From Heptranchias perlo (Eukaryota), in the NCBI RefSeq assembly GCF_035084215.1, contig NC_090327.1, forward strand, positions 91,760,001-91,824,000: a stretch of DNA of 64,000 nucleotides, written 5' to 3'. The notes beneath the pieces are model-generated. The model searched no databases. It was not told the DNA's origin and saw nothing but the letters and a program-made list of their open reading frames with translations. Shown here piece after piece: positions 1-13,349 of the stretch (its first letter is position 1; every line of letters starts with the position of its first letter). Made by a program: the position numbers and the translations under genes.

Positions 1-1001
1 GGTGATCGGTGCTGGGTCCGCTGTTATTTGTTATTTATATTAATGATTTGGATGAGAATTTAGGAGGCATGGTTAGTAAGTTTGCAGATGACACCAAGAT
101 TGGTGGCATTGTGGACAGTGAAGAAGGTTATCTAGGATTGCAACGGGATCTTGATAAATTGGGCCAGTGGGCCGATGAATGGCAGATGGAGTTTAATTTA
201 GATAAATGTGAGGTGATGCATTTTGGTAGGTCGAATCGGGCCAGGACCTACTCCGTTAATGGTAGGGCGTTGGGGAGAGTTATAGAACAAAGAGATCTAG
301 GAGTACAGGTTCATAGCTCCTTGAAAGTGCAGTCACAGGTGGATAGGGTGGTGAAGAAGGCATTCGGCATGCTTGGTTTCATTGGTCAGAACATTGAATA
401 CAGGAGTTGGGATGTCTTGTTGAAGTTGTACAAGTCATTAGTAAGGCCACACTTGGAATACTGTGTACAGTTCTGGTCACTCTATTATAGAAAGGATATT
501 ATTAAACTAGAAAGAGTGCAGAAAAGATTTACTAGGATGCTGCCGGGACTTGATGGTTTGACTTATAGGGAGAGGTTGGATAGACTGAGACTTTTTTCCC
601 TGGAGAGTCGGAGATTTAGGGGTGATCTTATAGAAGTCTATAAAATAATGAGGGGCATAGATAAGGTAGATTGTCAAAATCTTTTCCCAAAGGTAGGGGA
701 GTCTATAACGAGGGGGCATAGATTTAAGGTGAGAGGGGAGAGATACAAAAGGGTCCAGAGGGGCAATTTTTTCACTCAAAGGGTGGTGAGTGTCTGGAAC
801 GAGCTGCCAGAGGCAGTAGTAGAGGCGGGTACAATTTTGTCTTTTAAAAAGCATTTGGACAGTTACATGAGTAAGATGGGTAGAGAGGGATATGGGCCAA
901 GTGCAGGCAATTGGGCTAGCTTAGTGGTATAAACTGGGCGACATGGACATGTTGGGCCGAAGGGCCTGTTTCCATGTTGTAAACTTCTATGATTCTATCA
1001 T
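1..1001 (+). mobile_element. CR1 LINE, 3' part (ORF2 RT C-terminus + 3'UTR), relatively young
   Basis: ORF 9-932 uninterrupted, with [35 protein letters not shown] motifs; ends in ctatgattctat tail; runs off the left edge. Confidence 0.95.
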
Positions 1002-1206
1002 AGTTTTTTCAAGGAATTAATAATGTGAAAGTAACAGTTTGTTTGTATTAAAACCATTTACGCTCCAATGAAGGGCATGCACTTGCCGTGTTCTGTCTGT
1101 TACATTTTATAGGTCTGACCTGAGAGGCTAAGTGACCACTTCCAGCACTATGTCAAAGTCCAGTTTAGTTGGTCTCTGGGGGGTGTGCAACAGTGTATCC
1201 AATAAT

Positions 1207-1463
1207 AACATAGAATTACAAAGAATTACATAGAATTACATAGAATCTACAGCACAGAAACAGGTCATTCAGTCTAACTTGTCTGTGCCGGTGTTTATGC
1301 TCCACACGAGCCTCCTCCCACCCTGCTTCAACTAACCATCAGCATATCCTATCCCTTTCTCCCTCATGCTCATCTAGCTTCCCCTTAACGCATCGATGCT
1401 ATTCGCCTCAACTACTGCATGTGGTAGCGAGTTCCACATTCTAACCACTCTTTGGGTAAAGAA
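1207..1463 (-). mobile_element. CR1 LINE 3' tail fragment
   Basis: (catagaatta)n tail repeats followed by the reverse complement of the CR1 3'UTR. Confidence 0.85.
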
Positions 1464-2260
1464 TAACATCCCCATCTATTTCCCCCTCCCCTGCGAGACA
1501 GGAGATGCAAAAGTCTCCTCTGTCTGGTACAACTTGGATCACGAGCTGAGTGCGGTGGGGGCTGAACCCTTGCAGTGCTACTGCTTCAATGTGCAGCACC
1601 TCCCTACCACCCACACACGGATATCATTTATTTTTCAAATTATGTTTACAGCACACTTTCTGCGTCAGAGTCATGACTCAACATTATGTTGTGCACATCC
1701 AATCATAGAAAGCAAACAGCAAGAATTCATCCGCCATAAGGCTAGTAATTACTGATGCATATATCAGTGAATAAATGCTTAACTCATTCGAATGATATTC
1801 CTGTGTCTGATGTTTTAATTAAGGTGATACACCCATTTACAGGTCAATGCCTCAGTTAAAATAGTAAACAGACCAACGTTATACAAATGTGTTAAGTGTG
1901 TCTAATATCGGCAACAGTCATTTCTTGCCCATGGGCTTTATTTTGTCAATCAAGAATCAAGTCCAAACTCTGCTCAAGGATATCTAGTACTCCACCTAGT
2001 GGAGTATCACAACTTTTTCATTCAATTGACATTATCGCACTTCAGAACTTGCTCTGAAGGAAATTATAACCAAACACAAATGTAACATCTACCACACTGT
2101 GGCACACTGTGTTCAATCTGCACTGCTTTGCTGCTTTCAAAACTGTTCTCACCAGAGACAGAGAATTAAGGAACAAATCTGTTGTTAATACTCAATTTAA
2201 AATAAAATTCTGTTGAATTGTAAGAGACGTCTGTTTCCTGAAATGTATCACAGTGACGTT

Positions 2261-2340
2261 ATGATTGATAAATGTAAGGAGTCGTACAACACCAGGTTAT
2301 AGTCCAACAGCTTTGTTTGAAATCACAAGCTTTCGGAGCT
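2261..2340 (-). mobile_element. Truncated Penelope-like short element, same family as 2706-2918
   Basis: aaatgtaagga..acaacaccaggttatagtccaacag..tcacaagctttcggag matches the other copies; internal deletion after atgat. Confidence 0.75.
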
Positions 2341-2705
2341 TTCAAACTGGATTGCTGAACAGGATAGGAAGGCAAATCTATTGTGTTAAATTCAATTTAG
2401 GAAGCTTTGTATTTTAAAAACGAAGCAGATGCAAACGATTAATTTTAGCGGAGTTACTTATTTTTTTAAATCAGTGCAATGAATTTCAGCAAAAATAATT
2501 CTGAGATTGCAGATGTAGCTTTACTTCATGGTAAATCTCCTCTAACAGATATTTCAATTATGGGATAGCATTAGGTTAAAAGAAGAATCAATATGCTTTG
2601 TAAGAAAGAAAATATGATCTGGCATGAAAAAGAACTTCATGCTACATTTTATCCTCATTCCGAGGCAATGGGAAATAAATATGGCCCATCACATATCAAA
2701 GTAAA

Positions 2706-2918
2706 CATGATGTGGCGATGCCGGTGATGGACTGGGGTGTGCAAATGTAAGGAATCTTACAACACCAGGTTATAGTCCAACAGTTTTATTTGAAAATCAC
2801 AAGCTTTCGGAGGCTTTCTCCTTCGTCAGGTGAGCGAGGAAGGAGAAAGCCTCCGAAAGCTTGTGATTTTCAAATAAAACTGTTGGACTATCACCTTGTG
2901 TTGTCAGATTCCTTACAT
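2706..2918 (-). mobile_element. Penelope-like short element with fold-back inverted repeat
   Basis: 80-bp arms 2745-2824 and 2839-2918; 13-bp flanking direct repeat atatcaaagtaaa (2693-2705, 2919-2931). Confidence 0.8.
2797..2833 (-). ncRNA. Minimal type I hammerhead ribozyme motif
   Basis: Minus strand UCAC-CUGACGA-A-GGAG(AAAGC)CUCC-GAAA-GC-UU-GUGA: conserved core, helix II, palindromic AGCU helix III, helix I UCAC/GUGA. Confidence 0.7.
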
Positions 2919-3689
2919 ATATCAAAGTAAAAACAAGGATCTGACTGTCGGCTCATGTCCCAACTTTCTGATTGTAACAGTGTTCCTAGTGTGAAAAATA
3001 ATCAAGGTGCCATGATGAGTTCCTGTGTCATAGCAGCCAGCAAACAGAGGAACAATTCCCAGCATTCCCGGCACACCCACTGGCTCTATCTCACATTACA
3101 GCTCTACCTTCCTGACTCCTATGCTAGCATAAATGCTGCTCACTCCTTAGAAAGCCTACCACTTAATCCCCTGTCTCTCACCGTTACCTGCCTCAGCCCC
3201 TACCTGCTATTTCATCCCCACTCAACCTCAGACTCTTTCTCCTGCTTATTTCCAGGCCTCTGGCTGAAAGAGGATGGGCTGGGGTTTCCTTTGTCCATTT
3301 ATGTTATCTGCAATGTCAGCACAGTTTCCATTAAGTAGCTCAGACTGACTTCTAGAATTGAGGACAGAGGATCCCTGGGAGTGTCTTAGGATTTACAGAG
3401 GTTTTCCAGAGTGTGACTGACACAGAAAAGTTTGAAAACCACTGGGGTACAAAACTACTAAAGCTGATACCAGTTTCATACATCCCAGAATCTCTTAAGT
3501 GTTCATGATCTAAATATCAAGTGGAAGGTTCTCAAAAATTATAAAATGAAATTTTAAAAAAATGAAAAAGTATCGACAACACAGTAGAAATAGGGGAAAA
3601 AAAAGTTAGAAAAGATTTGCAAAGTTGTAACCCTTCAGTCACTTTTATCATTTTTAGCGTAGTCACTGAGTCCTTCCATTGGATTTCTT

Positions 3690-3915
3690 TAAGAGAGTGG
3701 TTAGAATGTGGAACTTGCTACCACATGGAGTGCTTGAGCCGAAATGCATAGATTCATTTAAGGGGAAGCTAGATAAACACATGAAGGAGAAAGGAATGGA
3801 ACAATATGTTGATAGGGTTAGATGAAATAGGGTGGGAGGAGGCTCGTGTGGAGCATAAACACCAACACAGGCCAGTTGGGCCAAATGGCCTGTTTCTGTG
3901 CTGTAAACTCCAAGT
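3690..3915 (+). mobile_element. CR1 3' tail fragment
   Basis: gtggttagaatgtggaac...ggccaaatggcctgtttctgtgctgt. Confidence 0.8.
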
Positions 3916-3949
3916 AATGTAAAATTGTTTGGTCGACTTAACTTGCAAC

Positions 3950-5597
3950 CAGGATTGCCAATCCTCCTGGATTGCTGGGGACTCTCCTGCAAAGGGGCAT
4001 GAATCTCCCGAGCGCTGCTAATTGCAGCCCAGGAGAATCTTGTGCTTTAAATTTCCAGTGCTCTCATTCCGCCACGCTCCGTGACATCACCAGCTGCCAC
4101 TGCAGAGATGCCTCCAGCTTAGTAACAGCCCCTTCCCTACCATCCCCCCTGCTCTGTCTCTGAGAACCGATCCAGCCGTTGCTTAGGGGAGACTGGAAAT
4201 GGGACCAGCTGGTTGCCGGGAGTTTGGTGGGGGTGGTGGGGGGGGGGAAAGAGAGAGAGACGGAGCCAGAGAGATGTGCGGAGTGCGATGAACAGGGACT
4301 AGAGGGTAGGGAATTGGGACTCGTGGGAGAAGAGTGGGTAACTGGGGACTGGGGAGGGTCGGGAAAGAGAGACAGGGGAATGGGGTTGGCGGGGGGCCCA
4401 GCATTTCCTGAAGATCCAGGAGTAGCAGCAGCATGAGTAACACTGAGAGGGGATCAACCAGTAATGGGGTGAGTGAAACCTGAGGGACTTTACTGTGGTT
4501 AAATAGTGAAAAATTGCTTCTACTGGGTGAATAGGGAACAAAGAGACACAGACTGAGGAGTCTCACTGGAAGAACCAAGAGGCAAGGTTTTTGTACTGAG
4601 GGCTATCAGAGCATGCCATAAGTAGCAATTGAGGCAGAGACTGGAACATCATTTAAGATCAGGGTAAGTATTTGAAAAAGAGGAATATAAAAGGGTCTGG
4701 GGAATGGGGTTACAGGAGAGAACGCAGCATTAGCACAGGTACAGGGAGCTGAATGGCCTCCTTCGGTGCTGTAATTTCTATCAGTCTATGAAAACTCTCC
4801 TTTATTGAGTCCGATCCCAGGGAGAGGTTTAGAAATGTTGGTGCTGAGCTAAGTTTCGAATGATGTGACCTGTGAGAAGTGTCCCAAACACTCACCTCTT
4901 CGCCCTTTGTGCGATCTCTAGATTTAGTTCAGGTCGGCCTGTGCTGGCCAGTTTTTATGTGAGAAGTGCAAGTTGAGATTGGCTGTGACTGAGGCTCACG
5001 CTTCAGAGGTAGCAAGTCCCCTTCACACATAACCCAAGTCCAAACCAGAGTCCAAAGAGTTAGGAAGAGGGATGTGGCCTGTTAAAAGTGGCATTGACTG
5101 GTGAGCCTAACCCTACATTGTGCAGTGTAAGGGGATTCTGGCTGTAGTTACAGACTGAATATCAACAGGTTGTAGGATTTCTACTAGTTACAGTTGGATA
5201 TCGGAGCATTACAGCTATTGCTACCAGTTACATAGCGACTATCAGTGAGTTATTGTATTACTGTTGGTTATGAGGGGAATCTGAGTGTTACCAATATTAC
5301 TATTAGTTATCGGTGCAATTTCAGTAAGTTACTATCAAGTACTCATGGAATCAAAGTTCCTCCCGCCTTTGGTTTCCCTTTCTTGCCTGCTCACGGGTGG
5401 CCTCCTGGTTCTCGGAACTTCTCGCACAACAACTGCTGGCGCGAATCCACGAGCAAAAATACTCAACCACAAGGGACCCGACCATTACAAGCTAAATGCA
5501 ATAACGTGATTGGATGTCACGTTGGCAGATGTCACGTGGTTAGATGTCACATGATCAAACATCCAGAAAATCCCTCCAACCAGAGATGGTAACTCTA
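3950..5597. mobile_element. Decayed non-autonomous DNA transposon (hAT-like ends) with internal insertions
   Basis: Ends caggattgcca / tggtaactcta resemble TAGGGTTGCCA; three subterminal gatgtcac repeats near 5513-5550; right end recurs in the opposite orientation at 47269-47316; 8-bp TSD only 5/8. Confidence 0.45.
4440..4790 (+). mobile_element. Old CR1 3' fragment
   Basis: Degenerate match to CR1 3' end, e.g. gctgaatggcctccttcggtgctgtaatttctat. Confidence 0.65.
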
Positions 5598-5869
5598 TTA
5601 ACAACTGACTTGCAGTCACAATTCTTCATTGACTGGGCGGCAAGGTGAAAATCTACCCCAAAGAACCTTTGTTATAGGTAAAACAATCTAATGGAAATTA
5701 GAGGGATAGGTCAGCTCTGTCACCTGAGAGCACTACCTGTAACAATCTTCTAGCTACCGAGTTTTGGATCCCGTCAAATAATAAATGTGCCCATGTGCCG
5801 GTAAGTCAGCCTCTGCAGCATTACGTATTTACACAAAGGAGAAAAAACAAATGTACCATCATTTTTTTA

Positions 5870-6318
5870 AATCAATCTCAGAATGTGGGCATCACTGGCA
5901 AGGTCAGTATTTATTACCCATCCCTAATTGCCCTGAGAAGGTGGTGGTGAGCCTTCTTTTTAAACTGCTGCAATCCATGTGGTATTCTTTGTAGTGGTTT
6001 AATATAATTAAATGGCTTTCTAGGCCACTTCAGAGGGCAATTAAGAGTTAGCCACGTTGATGAGGGACTGGAGTCGTATATAGGCCAGACTGAGTAAGGA
6101 CATCAGGTTTCCTTCCCTGAAGGACATTAGTGAACCAGTTGTGTTTTTAGAACAATCCGATAGTTTTTAATGATCACTTTTACTGATACTAGCTTTCTAT
6201 TTGCAGATTTTTGTTCAAACTGAATTCAAATGCTCAAAATGCCCTGGAAAGATTTGAACTTACATTCCATGAATTATTGTTCCAGGCCTCTTGATTACTA
6301 GTCCAGTAACATTACCGT
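5870..6318 (-). mobile_element. tRNA-derived SINE sharing its 3' tail with the LINE family at 33238 and 59075
   Basis: Minus head ggtaatgttactggactagtaatc with B-box-like gttcaaatc; tail ggcaattagggatgggtaataaat..ccttgccagtgatgcccacat matches 34050-34105. Confidence 0.75.
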
Positions 6319-7029
6319 ACCCAACAGAACTTATGCAGAACAACCTCCCAAACTAATACGCATTTAGGTACTTTGAGGAAATAAATGAGAAACTCCAGTC
6401 ATCCACTCTAATTAGATATACTGTTATGCAAATTAATTCCAGGTGACACCACAACAGGCGGCACTGTCAGGTTTATATTACAGAACTGCATCTGCTGCAA
6501 GCGTTGAATACTCTGCCCACCCATGGCCACAGCCAAGTGTCAGGCAGTGCTATTTACATTGAGGTAGATGAGCCTACACTGCAATCAGCACAGGCAGAAA
6601 TCACCTCAAGGTGGCCGTTTCTTCCTCAAGAGGCATTTACATTGCACATTTTCACTGAAGCAGCGGTCTGTCATTGGTAATATAACTATAATGTAAATGT
6701 AGCATTAACGATACTCGAGAAGTCATGTTCAGACAAGTTTGGAGCATTTACTTAGTGCAAAATGAAATACTTTTAGATGAATAGGGACTTTTGGTCCAAA
6801 TATATTTTTTGAGTCGAAGGTCTACAACAATTCTTTTCCACAATACTTCTAAATTATTGGCTTGAGACTGGAGTTATACTGCAACTACCAGTCTCAGACT
6901 TCTACCTGAGGAATGCAGTTGACACCAGGTAGACCCAAATTATACTAAGCAAATTGGCTGTGCGTTTGCCTATAAAAAAGTCACTGTACTTCAAAGTAAT
7001 TCATTACATGTAAAGCACTTTAAGATGTT

Positions 7030-7320
7030 TAAAGGATCTGATAAGGCTTTTAGAATCATAGAATGATACAGCACAGGAGGAAGCCATTCAGCCCATCGTG
7101 CCTGTGCCGGCTCTTTGAAAGAGCTATCCAATTGGTCCCATTTCTCTGCTCTTTCCCCATAGCCATGCAAACTTTTCTCCTTTAAGTATTTATCCAATTC
7201 CCTTTTGAAAGTTATTGTTGAATCTGCTTCCACCACCCTTTCAGGCAGTGCATTCCAGATCATAACAACTTGCTGCGTTAAAAAAAAATTCTCCTCATCT
7301 CGCCTCTGGTTTTTTTGCCA
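7030..7320 (-). mobile_element. CR1 3' fragment
   Basis: IWNALPERVVEA..FKRELDKYL; tagaatcatagaat tail. Confidence 0.9.
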
Positions 7321-8721
7321 ATGCCATTTAGGGGTATGCCCATACTATTCAATATAACTAAATAATAACATAAACTAAGGGTGTAACAATAGGACTCCCC
7401 TTGTGTTCTGAACTGAAATTTGTGCTTTTTGCAAGTCCCTCCACGTGTGCCTCTCCAAACTTTTCAAAGGCGGACCAAGAAAACACTTGGTAAGATGATG
7501 TCAGATACAAATTATTAAGCTGTTTTCTTTCGCAACACATGAATATACAGAGCAACAGTTATCATCAGATTCATTCAGTTTAATCAATGCAAATTATCTT
7601 TGCGAAATAATACAAAATAATAATCATGCTACACTTCCCCACATCAGTTGGTCATCTTGATTGATAGCTATTTTGTTTGTCAATTACCCACCTGCTTTCT
7701 AAGCTGGAGTCTGGTAAAAAATTGCCCTTACAGATTTCTTTTTAAAAGCTGTCTATTAGCAAGTGTTTCTGTCTCTGTTTTTGTCTCCCTTCGGTTCACA
7801 GCCCAAGGAGAGGCCTTATGCCAGACAACCCCTACCGAGTGCCCAGGACCAGGGACTTCCCAACACAATGGGTGCTAGGTGTTTATCAATTACGGAGACA
7901 CGCTAACAAATTGTTTATTGTTTACAGACCTTGGGAAAACAACTTCAATGTCTGGCTAATTAGTATTTTAATGACCTATCACCTCAGTGCCTTTTCAAAA
8001 ATGTGTGTGAATACATTTGTTTTAATATCTATCCTTTCCATGGAAAATGGTCAAAAATTATTTTCAATTTGTATTTCAGATTGCAATTAATCATAGTTTT
8101 CTCTTCACTCCAATAATAAAATTAATCCACTTTGAAATCGTTTAATGTGCTTCATAAAAAGGTCACATTGCAGCCTGGTCGGAAAATCCACTGGCGTACA
8201 GTATGTAATGACAGCTGTGTTAACACATGGGTTCACACCTACAATTCCCTCCACAGTAAGTTGTGATCTCAGCTGGGCAGCAGAGAGGAAAGCTTACATT
8301 TCATTGAATGCAAAAAAAAATCAACTGGAACAAATATAAAAGGTTTTTGGTCTGTTTAATATTTCAAGAAGAAAAAAAAAACTATTTTCACTGGCATTTC
8401 TGCCAAGCTTTGATACAGTTTGACAAGAGATGATGGCTGAAAAGTGGTATGATATTACAGATTGCAGTTCTCTAGTGTAATCACAAAGATATTTCTTTAA
8501 CAGTACATACAAGCAATCAAATAGATACAAGATGGGGGAAAAGCTTATGTTTTACATAATTCATGATTGCACCTTCAAATACACAGATTTAAAATATTTT
8601 GTTGTCAGATAAAGGCACTTTTTATCGACTGTTGATATATATTCTAACATGGTGAAATAGATTTGTTTTTTAATCAGCCAGCAATTGGTCTTATTGGGAG
8701 GCATTCCAAGGAAAATGTATC

Positions 8722-8784
<63 letters not shown>
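8722..8784. repeat. Compound microsatellite (AT)n(GA)7
   Basis: Directly visible. Confidence 0.95.
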
Positions 8785-9867
8785 ATCAACAAGTGTTTTA
8801 GTAACATATTATTGTGTATACTGAGTATCAAATATCACAATCTGCAGATTACTTTTTTTTTCCTTTTTAAATTATTTTTTCCCTTTCCCCTTTTTCATGG
8901 TTTTCCCATATCATGCACTTTTTTGGCTTGGTATGGGAGACAGGTGAATTATTCTCCATCCTCTGCCGATGCCACTTAAGAAGTCAAGAATAGTCCAGGT
9001 TCTTCTTCACTGCGGAGAGATGGCTGGGTTTCATTCAGGGCCCAGATCGGGAAGACAACATGTAAAATAATGTAGGCACATACGCAAGTGGCGAAGTACT
9101 TTGGTACTCCAGTATATCACTGATAGCACACCACCCCATACTACAGATTTTTTTTTGATGTAGCACTCAAAGTTATTGGTCTTCTTGAAGATCACTGAAA
9201 AGTGGAAACTATCATGTACTACCAGCAGACAAGACCAAAAACAGAATATAAATAATACGTATTGGCCTCATTATTTCCTGGTAATCAACTATTGGTTATT
9301 TATTAGGATAACTCAGTGATGCTGTGACAAGTATTGTCCCTTTAGTTTACTTGTCATCAAGGGTCAACCCATACAGAGCACTCTGTCCATCGAATTCTGC
9401 ACTAAAAACCATGGTTAGTAAAACCATTGTCTCTAAACTGGCAGATTAACTGCTTGAGCTTCACTGTCATGGTCTATGATGTAATTTAAGACCTAAACCC
9501 CCTCAATCATATTACTGTCTTTTGTATATTCTCTGTAAAATTACAACATAAGCTAAATCAATATAAATTTCAAATAATACGAATAATAGGGAATAATTGC
9601 AAGGCTGCATTTTAACCTTTGCATTGAGGTGACAGTTATAAACTAGGCAAGTATTGGTTTTGTGGTTTGAATATCATCAGAGTCTTAATTGGATTACTGC
9701 TCTGCAATGTTTTCCTAAATATCCATTGATACCCATAGATATCCATTGTTCTCTCTGTACTCATGTTCCACATATATGGACAATTTAAAAAGAAGCTGTC
9801 CAGTAAGCTAAGTACATCTAACAGTATTTAAGTACGTATGCTGCAGTGGTAGGCTTAAAATCAGTTA

Positions 9868-10080
9868 ACAACAACTTGCATTTATATAGCGCCTTTAACA
9901 TAGTAAAATGTCACAAGGTGCTTCACAGGATAGTTATCAAACAAAATTTGGCACGAGCCACATAAGGAGATATTAGGACATGTGACCAAAAGCTTGATCA
10001 AAGAGGTAGATTTTAAGGAGCAACTTAAAGGAGGAGAGAGGGGTAGCGTGGCGGAGAGATTTAGGGAGGGAATTATAGTT
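9868..10080 (-). mobile_element. L2-clade LINE 3' end
   Basis: aacaacttgcatttatatagcgccttt tail; NSLPKSLR..LSSFKLLLKIYLFDQAF. Confidence 0.8.
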
Positions 10081-10229
10081 TATAGTTATTCCCTGTTGAA
10101 GCACTTGAATATTCAGCTCAGAACCCAGCAATTTCAATGCAGATGTATTCCAATGACATGGGCCTGGGAACCCCAATGGATTGTGCTCATGACCCAACAG
10201 TATAGTTTGTAGCATTTATCATTGTAAAA

Positions 10230-10555
10230 GAAGATAGGGTAGATACAGAGAATCTATTTCTTCTGGTGGGGGAATCCAGAACAAGAGGGCATAATCTTAA
10301 AATTTGAACTAGGCCAGTGAAATCAGGAAGCACTTTTTCACACAAAGGGTAGTGGAAATCTGGAACTCGCTCCTCCATAAGGCTGTGGATGCTGGGTCAA
10401 ATGAAATTTTCAAGAATGAGATCAATAGTTCTGGGTATCAGAGGATATGGAATGAAGGAGTGTAAATGGAGGTGAGGTACAGATCAGTCACAATCTAGTT
10501 GAATGGCAGAACAGGCTCGAGGGACTGAATGGCCTACTCCCGTTCCTATGGATTC
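10230..10555 (+). mobile_element. CR1 3' fragment
   Basis: gatagggtagatacagag...ggctcgagggactgaatggcctactcc. Confidence 0.85.
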
Positions 10556-13349
10556 TCTGGTTTTGGTCTTGAATCCATCCCAGTGAAGTTTTACTGGGAA
10601 ACAAATGCTCCAAAACAGACACACTGGCTAGTGGACAAGCTAATTGCGATTCCTCCAAAAAAATTAAGAACTATAATAATAGTGAATCTATGGATTTAGT
10701 GTTCCATATACTAATGAACAAAGTGGGTAATTACATTATTTTCCATTTTAACTATGTAGCAGCTGTCATCTACTGATGATGTTGAACTGCTCAATTACAT
10801 TTGTATCTCAGCCCCATTTATGTTTAGGCATACAATATACAATTCTGTGATGCTATGATTAACTAAAAATGTGCGACAATGGAGCACAGTTGCGGCAAGT
10901 TTAATCTCAGCAGAGCCTAGAAGAGCTGCACCTCACTGTACATAAGTACTACCTTAAATAAAAGAATGGATGTTCTGGAAGAGCTAAGTTAAAAGGGGCA
11001 TGAATAACTGGGCATGAGAGAAAACTGACACAAGCCAATATCAATTATACGCATTATACAGAGCAGCAGCAAAGACCAATTCTGCTGGCTGAAACCTTCA
11101 AATTGTGTATAATTCCAGAGATTAATCATGTTGCATGGAGGCCAATGCCTTAAAGTAAAACTTGGGGAACCTGGGGAAATCAAGAGAAGGAACCTAAATG
11201 AAAAGGCAGCTCAGGTTATAAAGTTGAAAACTGCTGAAGTAACTCAAAACTATCCAATTAAATATGCTTCATTTCCCATCTAAGTCATTGGTGAGCTGCC
11301 TCAACAGTGATGAAACATGACATTCGATCTATCTCACTAGATCTTTTGCCATCAAAAGTAGCTCTGATATCAAAAGCAAATTTCTATTCCGCATTCATAA
11401 AAAACGTTGCCAAACATCAGCTACCTGATAAAAATGAAACATTGCGCATTTAGCAGTAAAAAGGATTACGTCTACCAGCTACTTTCCTTGCTAAAAGCGC
11501 TTGGATGCTGGATTTGATTCAAGAAGTTAGCACACCATTGTTCTTTTGTTTTTCTGCTACTAGAATATTGGGCAATCACGCACTAAAAATGTTCACACAA
11601 CCAAAATCCATGTCATGGTCATTAATATAACATTGTACATCCAAGTCACATTAGCCTCAATGCAAAGAACAACAGCTTTCTGTCAGCAGAGAAAAGCTGC
11701 TGTTATAGCTATTCACTTTTACACTGCAAGCTCAAATTACATCCCTCACTTTCATACTGCACAATTTTGAAAGTATAAATTGTCATGAAGAATCTATAAA
11801 CAAAACAGTATAGCAATTAAATAGGTAATATTTTTCTTTTATAATTGAACATTTTATCCTTATAACATTCACTTGGTAGTGTAGTAATATTTTGAGTTCC
11901 TTGTTAGAAGTGCAAATGCTTAATTTTCTCCTTTCTTTCATTAGTTTTGCATTAAAAAGTAAAAGATATCAACAATATTGTATTCAGCAATCAAAATGTA
12001 GCAAGAGGAAATAAAAAACAGAATACATTTCAATATAATACAAGATCAAGTGACTTTGCAGGATAATAGATTTATTCATATTAATTGGTTATTAGCCATT
12101 GGGTATCTTTGAAAAAAATATAGAGTTATGTCTTTTCTTTAGGTGTTGGAACTCAATTTGTGATCTTCCAGAAATCTAGTCTGTTTAATTTCTCCTCTCA
12201 ACTATGTCTTAATTGAATAAAGTTGTGCAACTTAAAATTCTCTGCATGCTTCTCACCATGGCATAACGGTTTATTGATTTTTTTTTCCCTGCAATGCCAT
12301 GATTGGCAGTTGTGTCTCTTCATACAAAACCCCAGGCACAATTTTGACTTTTAAAATTGCCCACAAGGATTGTGGAAGAATATATCAAATAATTAGATGT
12401 TGACAAGTTTATGATCAAAACTGCCAGAAATGTCACCAGTGCAACACTTGCCTTTTAAAGCATTGAGCCCATCCCAGGAATCTGTTATTAGAGAAGAATT
12501 AAGTGACATGAATAGCTATGATGCACTTCAAATAGACTAAAGTTGTAAATAGTCATGCAGCAGATTAACATCAGCCCACTTTGGTTCTGTTGATAATCTC
12601 TGCCCAGAATCTCACACTTCAGCAACCCAAAAAGAAACCTCATTTATTTTACCAAGTTTCCCAAAATCCATAATATGTATCTCCAAACAAGGAAAGTACA
12701 TTCTCTCCAAGGTAGAGAAACGATTGATTCTCAATGCATTTTAAGTAGAATATAAGTAACATAAATGATCTTTTTCTTACTTTCCAATGTGTAGCCACAT
12801 AAAAAGGTCTCTTTTTTTTCTCTCTGCCACTTCCTCTCTCTTTATGACTAGAATTACAGACATAATTTGAGACAACAGAGACAGTAATAAAAAATGTAGC
12901 ACACTATTATTTTGCTCAGTCCCAGGCAATAATTGCTCAGCACTTATACTGCACCCTTAAGGATAATTTAGAAAAGATCAATGGCAGCTCTTGTGTAAAT
13001 GTGCTGCAGTCATTAAAAATGAAATTTTAAAAATGTCCATGGTATTAATAATACTTGTTGACCCCATTGGCAATGCTCACATCCAAAATGAAAAAAGTGT
13101 ATTTTCTCACGGAACTACTTGTTTCACATCTCTTTTTCTGATGGACTTCATCTCTATCTCTCTCTTTGTTTCTGTCTCTGAATAGTTCAGAGATGTGCTT
13201 CATGTTGCCTTTCAGCTTGTCTGAGTCTTTTGACCTCTTTCTATGACACTGCTTCCATCTGTTTCCTCTGTGCCCTGCATGTATCCCACTCCATGTGTGG
13301 TTGTCACACAGGCTGTGACTGTAGCTGTTTCTGTGCCTGTCTTTTTCAT

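Noticed and set aside
1207-1250. Short direct repeats resembling a CRISPR or satellite array
   Set aside because: They are the CR1 3' microsatellite tail; no spacers and no cas genes
6425-6470. Octamer atgcaaat next to a CTCF-like caacaggcggcact
   Set aside because: Short motifs expected by chance; unsupported without chromatin or conservation data
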